DNA of 64,000 bases. Origin: Camelus dromedarius (lineage: Eukaryota). Numbering within the stretch: position 1 is the first letter of the stretch; every line of letters begins with the position of its first letter. The stretch is taken from assembly GCF_036321535.1 (NCBI RefSeq), contig NC_087447.1, positions 47,990,001-48,054,000 on the forward strand, in the 5' to 3' direction. Shown piece by piece: positions 1-13,117 of the stretch. A program made the position numbers and the translations under genes. The notes beneath the pieces were generated by a model. The model saw nothing but the letters and a program-made list of their open reading frames with translations, was not told where the DNA came from and ran no database searches.

Positions 1-155
1 GTGCCAGCCACCATGCCCATGGCCACGCCGTTGGTCCTCGGGGCAGCGACAGGCGCCGGGTAGATGGCAGAGGGAATGCTGTTGGGCTGGACAACCGTGG
101 TGTGGTGGATGACATGGGGCTGGGCAGCATACACCGGCTGTGTGTAGTAGGCTCC
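1..155 (-). CDS. FAM168A: FAM168A exon cut by the window edge: [51 protein letters not shown]...
   Basis: cttttcccccag|GGA GCC TAC TAC acceptor, phase 0. The frame stays open to position 1 and matches the FAM168 family. Confidence 0.96.
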
Positions 156-1059
156 CTGGGGGAAAAGAGGCTGAGGTCACACAGGCTTTTGGAGAGGTGG
201 GGCAGATGTGGAGAGGAGGAGGGGGGACTGGAGGAGGGCCCTGAGGGATGGGGTCAGAGTAACACAGGACCAGGGACACAAGTCTGGGCCCCAGCAAGAG
301 ATCTGCTATGTCTTACTATGTGACTGTGGACGGTTCAGTGCTGGGCTCCTATTCTGATCTGAAAAATAAGACTCAAACGTTATTCTGCCTTGCCCTTAGG
401 GCTGCTATGATGATCTACTAACTCCTTATACCCACTCCTTAATCCCAAGTTTAGTATTTTAAAATGTTTATCCTACTGTAACATGCTTCTATAAGCTGCC
501 TAAAATACAAAGGCAAGGACCACAATCAATGAGTGAAGAGGGTTGTGGATGGGGCTGGTGAACTTCAGAGCACTATGTGTATACACATGAAAGATTACTA
601 GTGGGAGTATCATACTGGTGTGAATGCTGCCATTTTACATATTGGGAAAATGTCATAAATGCAGAGCATCTCCCCAGATGTCTCATATCTATTTCCCTTT
701 AGGCAAAAAGGCAGAGGATGGAAACACTGGTCTGAGGTGACATCCCACTGCCTGGATCACATGGCTGCTTCCTGCTGCCACTGCCCACAGGTCTGCTGAC
801 CTTTGGGCAGAGATGGGGGCCCTCAATCATCTTAACCCACAGCTTCTCAAATGTTTCTACTGAATAATAAAAAGAACCTTAGAATGTGGAGTAGAGTGAG
901 GGAGTATGTAGACTGCAGGGATACTGTTTCAACAACAGTGACAGCTGGTCAGAGCCATGAACTCTCTTTCCGTCTCTTCTTCACCCACCTCCACCCCACC
1001 CAGGTTGGTGGCTCCTTTACCTGAAGAAGAGGTGGGTCCAGGTTTCCACGTGTACCTAC

Positions 1060-1202
1060 CTGGGCATACAGATTCTGCTGGGGGTAGGCACTTCTGATTG
1101 GATACATGGCCGTCTGATAGGGGTTGGGTGATGGGGAGTAGGGGGGTGGAGCAGTATTACTCTGGGTCGGTGGGACCTTGTATGGTGTCCCCGCAGTATA
1201 CC
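1060..1202 (-). CDS. FAM168A: FAM168A exon, 143 nt: (R)[47 protein letters not shown]
   Basis: ttgatacag| acceptor and |gtaggt donor, phase 1/0. The peptide is inside ORF 949..1296. Confidence 0.97.
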
Positions 1203-3464
1203 CTGTATCAAGGCAATAAGAGAGACTTCCAATTAGTTGGCAGAACAGCATCGCTGGAAGGCAGCAGGTCCCAGTCACGGCTCCCCAGACAAGCATGGGC
1301 TGAATTCAGGCTGGAAACACAGATGAGAACAGACAGAACAGGGCTCTACTCAGAGAGCCCTGGCCCCAGAGGCAGCTCCCTCAGTCCTGGTGCACAGGGC
1401 TGCATGTGTGATTCTGGCATCTTTTATTTCTTTAGGCCTTAGGGCTCTGATCTATAAAATAAGAGGCTGGAACCAGATGATCTCTTTAGGAGCCCTTGCA
1501 GCTTGGACAGTCTGGGATTCTCACGGACAGTGCCATGAGAGAGGCAGGTGCGCACAGATGGGAGACCCTCAGCCTGCTCGCTCTATACTGCACTCTCTTC
1601 TTGCTTTTCTGTCTCTTCACTCAGCACCCCAGGGTATCTTCTGGGGCTGTTTTTGTCTTTCTGTCTTGCTTTCCCTCTTACTCTCTTTTACTTTTTTCCT
1701 TATATCTCTCTCCCTTTTTGGACTGGACTGCCCTCCACCATGTTCCCCACTCCCTTCCTGTCAAGCTTTAAGGTGAAAACTTCATACAAAACACCATTCA
1801 GAGATCCTCGTTTTCTGAGATGCTGAAAAATTTTGCTCTACAGAGCTGGCTTCCCCTCCCCTCCTGGGGGTTAGGGAAGGGTCACCTCTGACTGAAGGAC
1901 TGAAGTCAGAGGTCAAAAAGATTTCACATTGACCTGGAACCCAGGCCATGTCAGTACCTCAGCAGGGTGGACCGAAGCTGGGGTTGAGAAGTCAGGCCCC
2001 AGGAAGTTCACAATCGGCCAATCAAACAAACTGTGCTGCCTTTGAATCTTCTGGAAAGGAGTCAGATACTAAGTTCAAAGAAAAACCTGAAACATGTATC
2101 ACTCAGGAACAAGACTGCGTCCTGACAGAATCAGGAAATGGAGTGATTCTATGGAATTCAAGTGATCATCAAGTAGCCCCAACTCTCTCACTCTATACAA
2201 GGGGATCCTGAGGTTCAGAAATCACAAATCTTTTTAGGAACATTGCCTTCTTTCCGAGTTAAAGGGATAGTGGCAGGGGACCTTGGCTTTGGATCCCTAA
2301 TAGGGTACTGTAGGAGTTTCTTCCCTGTGGTCCTCATCTTGGCTTAGTTTGGCAGACACATCACTGATCACTGAACCTCTCTTGGCCTCACGTCTTTCAC
2401 CTACAAGAGGCTTGCCAAGGACCCTTTCAGTTACATGGAACTGTTTTTGCAAGAAGAAATCGGGGGTAGAGTGAAGAGGCTGCTTTACTAGGAAAGAAGA
2501 GGATTGGGCTTTCCTTCAATTTGCTGTGACTATTGCCACATCTTTGGGCCTTAGTTTTCTATTTTGTAAAATTGGAAGGCTAAGAATGAGTATCTCTTCC
2601 TGAACTTAAATTCAGTTGTTCTAAAGATCCTGGATCTCTGCTTCCCTAACCCTAAGTTAAAGCAAGCTGCCATATGGTCACAGCTTTGGTTGGGCAACCC
2701 CTGCCCCTGATGAGGTACTGAGAAGGATATGAGAGCTGCTGTTTAGTCACCACAAAAGGCACCACCAAAAAGTTGTCCTGTCCTCTCCCCTGGAATCATG
2801 TCATTTACACCTTTCCACCTGTAGACATATGGTTTGTTCCATGGGAAACTAGGGAAACATTTTGTGGTCAAATATGCTTGGGAAATAAGTAGCAATGGGG
2901 ATGGAGTAGGAAAAAATTAATTAATTAATGAGAAGGTAGCACTAATAAGAACCAGGGACTAACTGGAAACAGAGATGTAAGTCAGCTGAGGAAGAAGTCT
3001 AGAGCAGATTCCTCCAGGCTTCTAGACTGTGGAGCTAATCCTAAAATGTGGTCACAGGAGGAGAAGCAGACACTGTGGGAAGACAGGAAGTCTAGGTTTA
3101 CAGACATCTAGAAGGAGTTGTTTGAGGCACACTTCACCTTGAAGACACAGTTTACCTGTCTATAAAACAAAAGAGATTCTCAAGATGGGTATGTCCCAAC
3201 AGTATACAATGGACTATGACTCTAAGGGATCCTAACTGTTTTGCCCAAAAAGAAGAAGAGGAAGAGGAAGAGGATGAAATATAAAATAGAAATAGGTTTG
3301 TTTGTTTTTCATTCCATGACACTGAGAAGTTTTCAAATGACAGTAGGAATTGTGAATCTCCAAGACAGGGATATGCAAGAGACAATTTCCAAATTAACTT
3401 TACTACAGGATCTTTTATTCATACTGTTCACACTTAAAACATGAAAACTACTTTTTTTTTGGTG

Positions 3465-3641
3465 ATTGCAGATTGTTTTGGTAAATCAAGTATTGCTGTA
3501 ACACAGCCATGCCCATTCATTTACATATTGACTATGGCTGCTTTCCTGCTTTAATGGTAGTTATGGCAGAGACCAGAAGGCCTGAAAAGCTTAAAATACT
3601 TACTATCTGGCCCTTTACAGGAAAAGCCTGCTAACTTCTTA
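3465..3641. mobile_element. MER58A-like hAT-Charlie DNA transposon fossil
   Basis: Contains acacagccatgcccattcatttacatattg...tactatctggccctttacag, typical of MER58. Confidence 0.75.
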
Positions 3642-6629
3642 TTTAAAGGAATAAAATAGGGTATGGGGAGTCCTGCCAGAGTGGAGGACAGGACACCCTT
3701 GAATCCTAAGATGCCTGTCTCTGAAAGCTAGATAGCACAGGGCCATGGTTATGAACAGTCTGGAGCCAGACTGACTGCTTGGGTCCAAACCCCAGCCCTG
3801 CTACTTAACAGCTGTAGAATATATCAGTTCCTCATCTATAAAATGGGGATAATAACATTACTTACTTGATAGGGTTACTGTAATAAATACATTAATTAAT
3901 ATGTGCAAACCCCTTAGAAGGATGCCTGACACATTAAAAGCAGTTCATAAAAGTTACCTATTATTCTTTTCTTTCTCTCACTGTATAGACAGATAGTAAG
4001 CTTCCTGTCCTGCGAGTATACAAGCAGAGACTAGTCTGAAAGACTACAGTAGATAGGAAGTCAAACTATGACAACTATGATGTGATCCAACATGAAATAG
4101 ACTCCAGGATTCTAAGATTCTAAAATTTTATGGTTTAAAATGCCATGATTTTAAGATTCTTTAAAGTTAATATGCCAACGATGCTGGCGACTTTCCTTTA
4201 TGCTCCCTGAGAATATGTGCTGAAGCTTTATCCCCTGGGGAAGCCTGCACTAACCCTCTGCCACAGGGACAACCATCTTACAAAATGTTGAGATTATCCC
4301 TCTGAGGAAAACCAAAAGGCTCCAGGAGACTACAGTAAACTTTGGTTTCCACATCTAAGAATAACTTTATCTGCAAATGTTTCCTTTCTTCATGTTATAA
4401 AATGAGACACACACAAACTCAGAATACGAATCAGTAACCAAAACATGCTTGACAGCCAAAAAGATGATGCTGCAGAAGCCCTTGCTTGTTTGTCCTGACA
4501 GGTTGAGAAGGGAGAAGCAGAACAGCAGAGCTAGAAGAGAGCTTAGAGATCATTACGGCCAACACAAACATTTCCAAGATGAGATAATGAACAGATGCTG
4601 TGAGCGAGCAAGTGAGCAACTGCTCACCAAGACCCAGGACTTGATGCTCCCTCCTCTGACTACAGTGGTTGTCATGGTTGCCATTTGTGTCATGAAGGCT
4701 GCATAAACTGCCTTGGGGCTCTGTCCTGGGTTCTGTCAGTGATTCAGCTCAATTCCTTTCTCAAGGAATACCTTCACTGGACTCAATAATTATCAGGGGA
4801 CCTTTCTAGTGATGATATGCTGAGTATTTCAGTCAGACTTTTATGAGAAAATCATTACAGAGGACATTCCACAACTGGCTGGTGGTCCTATCCATACCCT
4901 TTAGGATCACTAGAAATTCCCCTAGGGCTGCAGCCTGGACTACCTTGGGTATCACAAGATTCAGGGTTTATTACTTTACACACCCAAGTTTTAAAAAATC
5001 TGTTGGACTTGATGCAAACAAAACAAAACAAAACAAAAAGGACAAACCAAAACAAAAACTCATTGATTTTGCTCAAATAAACTTAGATTCAACCTACCAC
5101 TGGGTTCTACCTAAGTCTTAAAGTCACAGAATTAGGACTTTGGAATGCTATACCTTAAAGACATTAGAGACTTGCATTCAACCCTCTCCAGTTCAGATGA
5201 AGCACCTGGAGCCCAGGGGGCCAGGATCTTTTCCAAAACTACACAGTACATCAGTGCAGACCTGGGCCGAGAGAGTTCAGGGCTTACCATGCCCTGGGCA
5301 GAGCTCTTTTCTTAATTATGCCTCTGCAGTCCAACCTGGCACATTTGGTATACCGGCCTTTGTGTCTTCATTTCACCAAAGGCAATATCGTTGAGAGAAA
5401 AAAGGAATTCGATCACTAGCAGACCCAGCCTTGTCTTATGAAAGAGGCTTTTTTCACGACGCTCTGTTCTTTCTCTCAGGTTCCTAACTGTAATTTTAAA
5501 CTCCATCAAATAGGATAATAGAGTGTGGACATTAGCAAAATAAAAACTTTCCAGACCTCTCTTCAATCCTTGTGCACAGTCATAAATCTTTTTCAGTTGT
5601 AGAGCCCCTACCACCTTCAAAGGCATTGATCCTCACATCAAGGATGCCTTTTAGACTAATCGGTTTATTGACTATCAGATTTGTATGTCTGGACAAAGCT
5701 CTATGTCTGATTCTTGCCTTGACCTCCAAGTCTCCTTGTTTGCAGCTGAACAAGAGTGCTGAATAAGTAGGAGGGAGAACTAATTACAAACAGGCTTAGC
5801 AAGTATTAGTAAAATTAAACTGAATTTGTTAAAGTGCCCTGAATCTTCTGTGGCATTAGAAGCCACAAAATCTGTGTGCTGGGAGGAACCCTGATGGGGT
5901 ATGGGAGGGTCAGTCAACCCCACCTCTATTTACAAGCTGCACAAGTTCATACATTATTTGCTTACAAGAAAGAGGGGTACATCTTGGTCCTTACTAGGGA
6001 CTGTGACAAACTGTGAGAGTACAGTGGGATATAGCTACTGGACATTTCAACAGAACTTCAGGAAGATTTCAACATAGTAGAAGGCAAGGTCTTCTAATAC
6101 TCAGACTTTCTCACTGTGGAAAGGGGTGCCTCTGGAGGGAATGAGTGCTCCATACCTGGAGATATGTAAACAAAGGCTAGTTGACCAATTACTAGTCTGG
6201 GTAGCGAAAGGAGGCCCCTGCCTGGGTGGAGGATATTGAGCACATAGAACCAAGGTGATAGAATCAGGAACCTAAAAGCTAGAGAGAATCTTAAAGATAA
6301 CCTAGTCTTGTCCCCTCATTTTACATTTGAAAAAAATAAGGTCCAAAGCATGGACATGAATTATGCAAGATTACACAGAACTAAATCTAGAACCCAACTC
6401 TTTTGGTCTTCCACTCCAGGCCTCTTTCTGTTACACTGAAGTAGGTGTGTCTATATGCACCTACCTCCATATGTGCAGGTATAAGAGAGAATATGTATGC
6501 ACATGCCCATTTACATATACAACATTATAGGTATCTGGAAAAACTAACTCCCTACTGCTATCATCTCCCTCTTAAATAAGAGTAAAATTAATCTCATGAA
6601 AAAAGTCAGTAATAGAAACTTCACCCGGG

Positions 6630-6867
6630 GGGTGGAGGGTGGGAAGGGATAGACTGGGATTTCAAAATTGTAGAACAGATAAACAAGATTATACTGTATA
6701 GCACAGGGAAATATACACAAAACGTTATGGTAGCTCACAGAGAAAAAAATGTGACAATGAGTGTGTATATGTCCATGTATGACTGAAAAATTGTGCTGAA
6801 CACTGGAATTTGACACAACATTATAAAATGATTATAAATCAATAAAAAAATGTTAAAAAAAAAGAAA
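6630..6867 (+). mobile_element. 5'-truncated young L1 3' end with poly(A) and 16-bp TSD
   Basis: L1 3'UTR shared with the copies at 51566 and 62324. Flanks agaaacttcacc(c/t)ggg at 6614-6629 and 6868-6883. Confidence 0.9.
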
Positions 6868-7507
6868 AGAAACTTCACCTGGGTGATACCTTTGTCTAGC
6901 TGTGCTGCTTACTAGTTGGATGGCCTTGGGCATACTACCCTTCTGAGCCTCAGCTTTCAAACCAGAATAAAAATCCACTCAAATAGGACTACAGTGTATA
7001 TTAAATGAGAGGGTGATTATGAAAGCATATTCTGTAAAAGGTGAGAGTCATGCTATATAAATGTCTAAATTGATATGACATTTAGGGGCAATGATAACTA
7101 AGGAGAAAATAACATTTTGAAGAGAAGAAAAAAAATACAAGGTATTTTTCTAATTTACTTAACAGATTAAAACTTTGCTGAACCCCAGACTATCAGGCCT
7201 CTGCAACACCCTCCAAGGGTTTGTCTAGCCTCTGCTCACCACATCCAAAGACTCCTTTGGACAGCTCCAACAAAATACAAAGTTTTCCCTTATTCAGAGT
7301 CAAAATGCCACTCAGTCCTTTCTAAACACTGGTCCTCATTTTACCCAGTGGAGCTATTTTGTGTTAAAAATCAGATGTGAAGGTGAAACCACCAGTCACT
7401 CCACTGAGCCTCAAGTGAGTGTGACCAATCTGACCAGCCAGATGGTGTCCAACTCCACAAGGACTTCCTGTACGTACCTTGCTCCCACAGTGTAGCTTCC
7501 ACTAGGG

Positions 7508-7706
7508 CAGTGTTTCTCATGAAGGGGGCAGGATGTTTAGCAATATTTAGAGACATTTTTGGTTGCCATAATGAGCACTTGCTACCGGCATCCAGTGAGT
7601 AGAGGCCAGGGATGCACTAATCATCCTAAAATGCACAGGACAGCCCCTCCCATAGCAAGGAACTCTCTGCTCCAGGTGTCCACAGTGCCCAAACTGAGAA
7701 ATCCTG
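7508..7706. mobile_element. MER20-like hAT DNA transposon fossil
   Basis: Ends cagtgtttctca...tgagaaatcctg and internal gtagaggccagggatgc...aatgcacaggacagccc motif. Confidence 0.8.
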
Positions 7707-8066
7707 TGCTAGCTGGAGAAGCCCCCTCTGTCCAAGGGTCCATAAGTCTTTAAATGTGCCCTCTGTCCTTTCCCTTGAATGCAGTAACAGTCCTTCCCTC
7801 ATCAAACTCCTTGGCCAGGAGAGTACTTCGTTCTCCCTCCCTCATTGCTTTTGCCTCCCCACAAAGAGGGGTGACCTTTCCTGTATGAGGATCAAAGAGG
7901 ATGATCTTTCCTGTTTGAGGAGGGCCAATTTTGGGGTAGGTAGGAGAACCTCTTAAAACAGTGTCTTATAAATGTCAGTTTTAGAAGTTCCCTTTCCTTT
8001 CTTCCTAAGAGATAAATCAGTCCCAACCAAGGGGAACAAGGAAAGGAGGAGACAGGCTGTATTTAC

Positions 8067-8192
8067 TGAAAGCCGCAGAGGATGCTTGGTAAGTTCGGTT
8101 CTCGGTCCCGGTGTCCACTGGGAGGTGGAAGGTGCCTTCAGTGCCACAGGAAGACGAGTTCTGTGGCCAGGCCTGTTTCATCAGCAGAGTTG
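8067..8192 (-). CDS. FAM168A: FAM168A exon, 126 nt: (A)[41 protein letters not shown](R)
   Basis: cttcccttaag| acceptor and |gtaaat donor, phase 1/1. Translation matches FAM168A. Confidence 0.96.
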
Positions 8193-8427
8193 CTTAAGGG
8201 AAGACACAAGAATGGCATTAGGCAGAAATAAGAAGTGGGCACCACCAAACACAGACACAAAAGCAAGGGTCTTGTGCTGGACGGAAACATATAACCCAAG
8301 GGGCTCTGTTTAAACACATAGGATGGTTCAGCCTTTCTGAGATGGGTTAGTGGTTGGGAGGAGTGCTGAAGTGAACTTCCAAATGATTTGAAACTGAGGA
8401 AATCTGAGCTTATACTAATTAGGAGAG

Positions 8428-8838
8428 TCAGGATTTTCTACCACTACTGAAACCCTGAAAATGCTTATGAATACTGCCTTCTACTGTGACATTCTGGCTT
8501 AAGGCTCTGTGATAGTCCTTGGTCACTTTCGTATTAAGATGTAGAACTTCGAGCTTTGACTGTGTATTGGGCCAGATCAACTGAGTATCCTTTTTTATGC
8601 CTGAAATCTCATCTGGAGGTGTATTTAACAAGTTGCTTTCAAAGAGAGACCCCCAAAATACTATTACCACGCGACATGAACCTTGTTGGACTGCCATCTC
8701 TTCTAAGGAACTGAGTTTTGGCAGCTTAGAAGGGACAATCCCTGCTAACTCCTTTTCCTATACACCCAGCCAGGGCCAGACAGACAAACCTGTTGCACGA
8801 ACTTTAAACCTCCTGCTGAGGTGCTATTTGTGCTCCAC
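8428..8838 (-). pseudogene. Nested pseudogene terminal exon (411 nt): VEHK*HLSRRFKVRATGLSVWPWLGV*EKELAGIVPSKLPKLSSLEEMAVQQG...HKHFQGFSSGRKS*
   Basis: atatctcag|GTG acceptor, phase 0. One frame of 137 codons runs to TGA at 8430-8428 with two internal TAG. Confidence 0.7.
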
Positions 8839-9045
8839 CTGAGATATTGCCTCATGAATTAGACATGATCTTTTGGACCATTAAGAAAGTAAATGTTAAA
8901 CCTAGGGTAGCTGTGGAATAGAGATGAGGCCCAGTTTGAAAGAAATCTGCAGAGACTTCCCAGGCTGACTCAAAGCTCAGCTTGGGAGATTTGAAGGATG
9001 ATACTTCCTACATTCTAGAAGTGGGGAGTGACTCAAAAAACTTAC

Positions 9046-9713
9046 CTTCATGGTGTCCTCTAGGGAAGGAGAGAAGAAATAGGGTTTCAAAGGGTGGAGG
9101 GAGTGGGTCCCTAACATTTCAGATACTTCCCTTGATATACTTTCATACACTAGAAGAGAAATATTGACCCAAATGTCTACTTATGGTTAAAAGAACGATT
9201 TTAACAGTATCTTTTCCACTCAAATAAGGTCTTGGGGGAATCATGGACCTAGAGTGTTTTAAAGTATATTCGTATTGGCAACAGTAAGATATACTTCACA
9301 CATTTTAACAAAGGGCTAAGGTAAGATAGGGTGGTTATGAGAAGTTTGCCTATAACCCTCTAATTCCATCAGGATAAGGATAGTCCACCTCCAGAGAGAT
9401 CCCCATAACCCTGTCTGCCTCTCCAGGTAACAGGAAATGCCTCTGGTTCCTTCAGTCATGAAAGTACTAGGGCCAGAGAAGGAGGTCAAGGACTCTGCTG
9501 TTTTTGCTGAACCAGTGATAGAAGCATAGCTGTTCTGGGCTGACCCTGCACTTGCATAGATGGCCCGCAATATATACAGCAGATGCTGAGAAATGAGAAG
9601 GAGATCATGGGCAGGGAAGTGACACTAAAAGGAGAATTCTGGTTAGAAGAAATGCAGACCCAGCAGAATTCCATACAGAGTCCAGAGCCTTTGCTGGACA
9701 TTAAGACATGGCT
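9046..9713 (-). pseudogene. Nested pseudogene exon 6 (668 nt): (E)PCLNVQQRLWTLYGILLGLHFF*PEFSF*CHFPAHDLLLISQHLLYILRAIYA...SISREVSEMLGTHSLHPLKPYFFSPSLEDTMK
   Basis: Acceptor ccttcttcctgtgttgtctgcag|AG (phase 1) and consensus donor AAG|gtaagt (phase 0). Length is 2+666. Several stops, and the frame of the middle third is ambiguous. Confidence 0.75.
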
Positions 9714-10084
9714 CTGCAGACAACACAGGAAGAAGGCAGTCAGTTTTAAATGATTATCTCAGGTTTCTTTTCCTGGGGGGGGGGGGCAGGGTTAGGATGG
9801 GGTAGTGGGGATTAATAAAGGATCCAATTAGTGTTGAAAAATCTTATGATGTCTCCAAATTTAGAACCTGCCACTCCACATGGCTGGAAAGCCCTGGTCA
9901 CCCAAAACAACTACCTAAAAAGTGAAACATGTAGTTCTGAGAAGTCAGAGAGCAAGACCATGCCCTCAAGACCCCATAGGGAATCCACCAGGGAGCAGGA
10001 GGCCTAAATTTGGCTGCAGAGAATTTGGAGAATTTGGAGGCCCTGTTCTGGTCCAGTTTTTAACCCAAGTGGTGCATACTTTAC

Positions 10085-10542
10085 CATAATTTTCATCATA
10101 AGCCAAAAAGTCTGACATTAGCCTGAAGGACTGTGTGACAATTAAAGCAAGTAAATCAAAATGAACCAAAGGGTGACTGAGGCCTACACTGCACTCAGCA
10201 CTGAGGGAAGCGCCACGGTGGACAGGAACACACGTGGGTCATTGTCACCACACACAAGGTATTTATGGTCTAGCTGAGGATGCAACATAGCCACACGCCA
10301 ACCAGAGAGTGAACAAGACAGCATTACATACGGTAAAATAACATTCTAGATTAACCAGGAAAGAAGCAAGTGCGACTGTGCCTATGATTATGTCTTTCCC
10401 AACTGAGCAGGTGAATAAACTATACATGTTCCTGAAGAATTGGGTATTTTCTTCTGGTTTCATTATAGAGAAATACTGGTATTTTCTATATGTCTCTGTA
10501 TATACGGATACATAGTAAGTTAAATAACTATGAATATGAAGA
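10085..10542 (-). pseudogene. Nested pseudogene exon 5 (458 nt): LHIHSYLTYYVSVYTETYRKYQYFSIMKPEENTQFFRNMYSLF...HPLVHFDLLALIVTQSFRLMSDFLAYDENY
   Basis: Acceptor tttttttgtttttag|T (phase 2) and donor TATG|gtaaag (phase 1). Length is 1+456+1. ORFs 10263..10628 and 9966..10169 are in the same frame, separated by three stops. Confidence 0.75.
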
Positions 10543-11986
10543 CTAAAAACAAAAAAATAAATACTAGCTGTCAACTTGACTTCCTTATTAGTCAGCTGTA
10601 CCATATGATCTTCCTTATCCCTGTACAATTCTAAAGTAACCCATTCTGTTGGTGGTAGCGGTTTAGAGCTCAGTTGTGAGATGAAGACAATCCAACTGGA
10701 GCTTTCAGAGGCATGCTAACAGAGGAGGCTTCTCTGACAGACATGCCTGCTCTTGGGTGCCATGAAAGGTACCAACTCCTAGAAATGTTCTATATTTTTA
10801 ATAAATACAAGTGTGTAAATTTGTCAAATCTTACTGAGCTGGATACTTGAGACTACTGCACTTTATGTAGTACTGTATATATACTATTCCTCAATTTAAA
10901 GAGAGAGAGAGGGAGAGAGAGAACCCGTGGCAGTGAAGGGCCACGGCCCAGTCACAGCATGCTACCCACGTCCAAGTGCTGGGTTGTTCACTTCCCTGGA
11001 TACGGGGCCCTCACGCCCTCTGACACTTAAACAATTTGTTAAGCACACTTACAGGGAGGAGAGGCAGCAAGGGACCATCATCCTGAACAATGTAGTAAGT
11101 CAGGAAATCTGAGTTCTAGCCTGGGCTGTGCCACTTATTAGCTGTGGGACCTTGGGCAAGTCACTATGCCTTTCTAAACTTCAGGTCTGTTGTCTCATAA
11201 AATGGCAATAATAATCACTCCCTTGATTGCTGCATAGTATTGATGTGAGGATCAAAAATAAAGTGTCATCCAATCTTAGAGTTTCTAATTCTGGTGTCTG
11301 TCCACACTTTTATCCCCACAGTTGTGGTCAGCTCTAATGGAAGCTCTCATCACCTCTCACCTGAATTACTGCAACTGCTTCTTCACTCTTCAGTGTTTTT
11401 TTTTTTTTTTAAACCTGCCAATTTCATTTCCAAGATACAATCAAGAGTGATATTTCTGAGACCTAAACTTAATCACAAAACCTTCTTAAAAACATTCCAT
11501 GGTTCTCCACTACCTAACTCCTTGTGTGGCACTCACTCTGGTAATTTAGTCCTATGGTCTCCCTAGACTCTCCTTGTTCTCACTCTCGAGCCCTATACTA
11601 CAGCCACACAAATGGTTTATTATTCCCAGACTATGCCAAAGAGCATCATTTCTCTGTATTTTTGCTTACACTACTCAGTCTTCCTGCCATGTCTTTTTCA
11701 AATGCCACCTGGTAAACATTTATTAACCCATCAATCATAAGCTGAAGACTCATTTCTACTATGAAGTCTTTATTTTCCCTACCTCTTGACCACAGCCCCC
11801 TCATGTATCCCATTTGGTTCACTATCCCAGCTCCTGTGAGTCTTAGAAGCCCCCATACTTGCTAGTTTGTCCATCTCTCCCACTAAACCGTGAGCTCCTT
11901 GAAAAGAGGAGCCTTGTCTTACTGGCCTTTAAAGGGCCAGCTTAGGGTGTGGGACAGAACATTTTGTGAAGAGAAGAGCTCCATAC

Positions 11987-12087
11987 AGACTCTCTGGTAC
12001 TTCTATTTCAGATGGTACAACAGGAGGGGTGAGGAAACAGGAGAGCGTCTCTCACTTTATGGAGTCTTCTGTCCGAGTTCATATATC
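11987..12087 (-). pseudogene. Nested pseudogene exon 4 (101 nt, one net frameshift): (G)YMNSDRRLHKVRDAL.../...FLTPPVVPSEIEVPES(L)
   Basis: Strong acceptor tttttgtttgcctcag|GA TAT (phase 1) and donor CT|gtatgg. Confidence 0.6.
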
Positions 12088-12618
12088 CTGAGGCAAACAA
12101 AAATGACTCCCCGTAAACAATAAGAGAAACAAGCCTATAACTAGCAATATTGAAATAATAAGATTGTAAGAGGACAAGCTGTTAGCATTTAAAGGGACCT
12201 CACAGATCATCTGGAATAAAACACTTTATCTACCGCCTGGAGACATCAGCGAATTGCCCAAGATCACACAGCCCACAGCAGTGGCAAGAAGAGATTTTCA
12301 CAGCTCATCTCCTAAAAGGTGCACCACACACAGATTCGATTTTCACAATCCAAATAATTCAAGGTTGTAAGTTGAGAAAGTGTGCAGAGATTTTTACAAA
12401 ACATTGTCCTGAGCAGCCCAGGTGAGGGTGGTGAAAGCAGCAAGTCCCTCCTATGGTCCCTTCCTGTCTATGACAAAAAGGACCTAGTCAAGTTACACTG
12501 CTGGGACCCTCACAGGTGCCCAGAAGTTCCCGTGGTGCCTTGGGCCTGGAGTCCACACTGCCCAGAGAACCCAGCTTTGGTCCCAGGCTTATGAGCACAC
12601 TTGCCCCTCACCTCTCAC

Positions 12619-12899
12619 CATTCAGGAAAATGCGCCCCAAATGAGCCAGAGCTCAAAGTCTGGGCTAAGGGAATAGACTGTATCTAAAGTCAACCAGGTC
12701 TTCAAACATGTCAGACTGCCAATGGAGATGAAAAATCTGATCTGGGGCAGAGTGGATTTTTGCATTCTTATAGTCATACTCCAAGTACTCCTCCACAGGA
12801 GCTGCCACAAAGCGAAAAGAGGAGCCATATAGGCCCAGGAATTTTTGTTCAATTGTTTGTTTGAATTCAGCAGCCACGTTAGGGTGAAGGTTTCTGACC
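12619..12899 (-). pseudogene. Nested pseudogene exon 3 (281 nt): VRNLHPNVAAEFKQTIEQKFLGLYGSSFRFVAAPVEEYLEYDYKNAKIH...DFRYSLFP*PRL*ALAHLGRIFLN
   Basis: tgacctag|G acceptor (phase 2) and AATG|gtgaga donor (phase 1). Length is 1+279+1, so no frameshift is needed. Two stops at 12667-12665 and 12655-12653. Confidence 0.8.
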
Positions 12900-13117
12900 C
12901 TAGGTCAGATGGGACCCCAGAGGTGAGGAAGGGGAGAGACGCCTTTTAGTGCCATGATCCTTCACTGCTGCCCTAGGGGACGGTTCATGTGTGTCTCCAA
13001 CCCATGATTTTGCACCATCAGACATGTTCCTGCATGCTTTAGGAACTGCTGCTGAGCCACCTGGGGGAGCCCAAGCCTAGGGGATGGGATTTGGGAAGGA
13101 AAGGGGAGGGCATTTAC

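Noticed and set aside
1098..1826. Cluster of plus-strand ORFs of 91-128 aa
   Set aside because: Antisense shadow of a FAM168A exon and a pyrimidine-rich low-complexity tract.
4431..4706. Short ORFs on both strands in unique intronic sequence
   Set aside because: No protein-like signal or splice structure. Lengths are as expected by chance.
10085..10542. Vague resemblance of relic exons 5-6 to transglutaminase-like/SirB1 (FBXO21-type) domains
   Set aside because: Only an impression of similar residue patterns, with no conserved motif I can align. It needs HHpred, so no family is claimed.
12960..13060. Candidate extra pseudo-exon after gctcccccag|GTGGCTCAGCAG
   Set aside because: It would leave a 57-nt intron after 13118, and the acceptor at 12899 already gives the correct phase.
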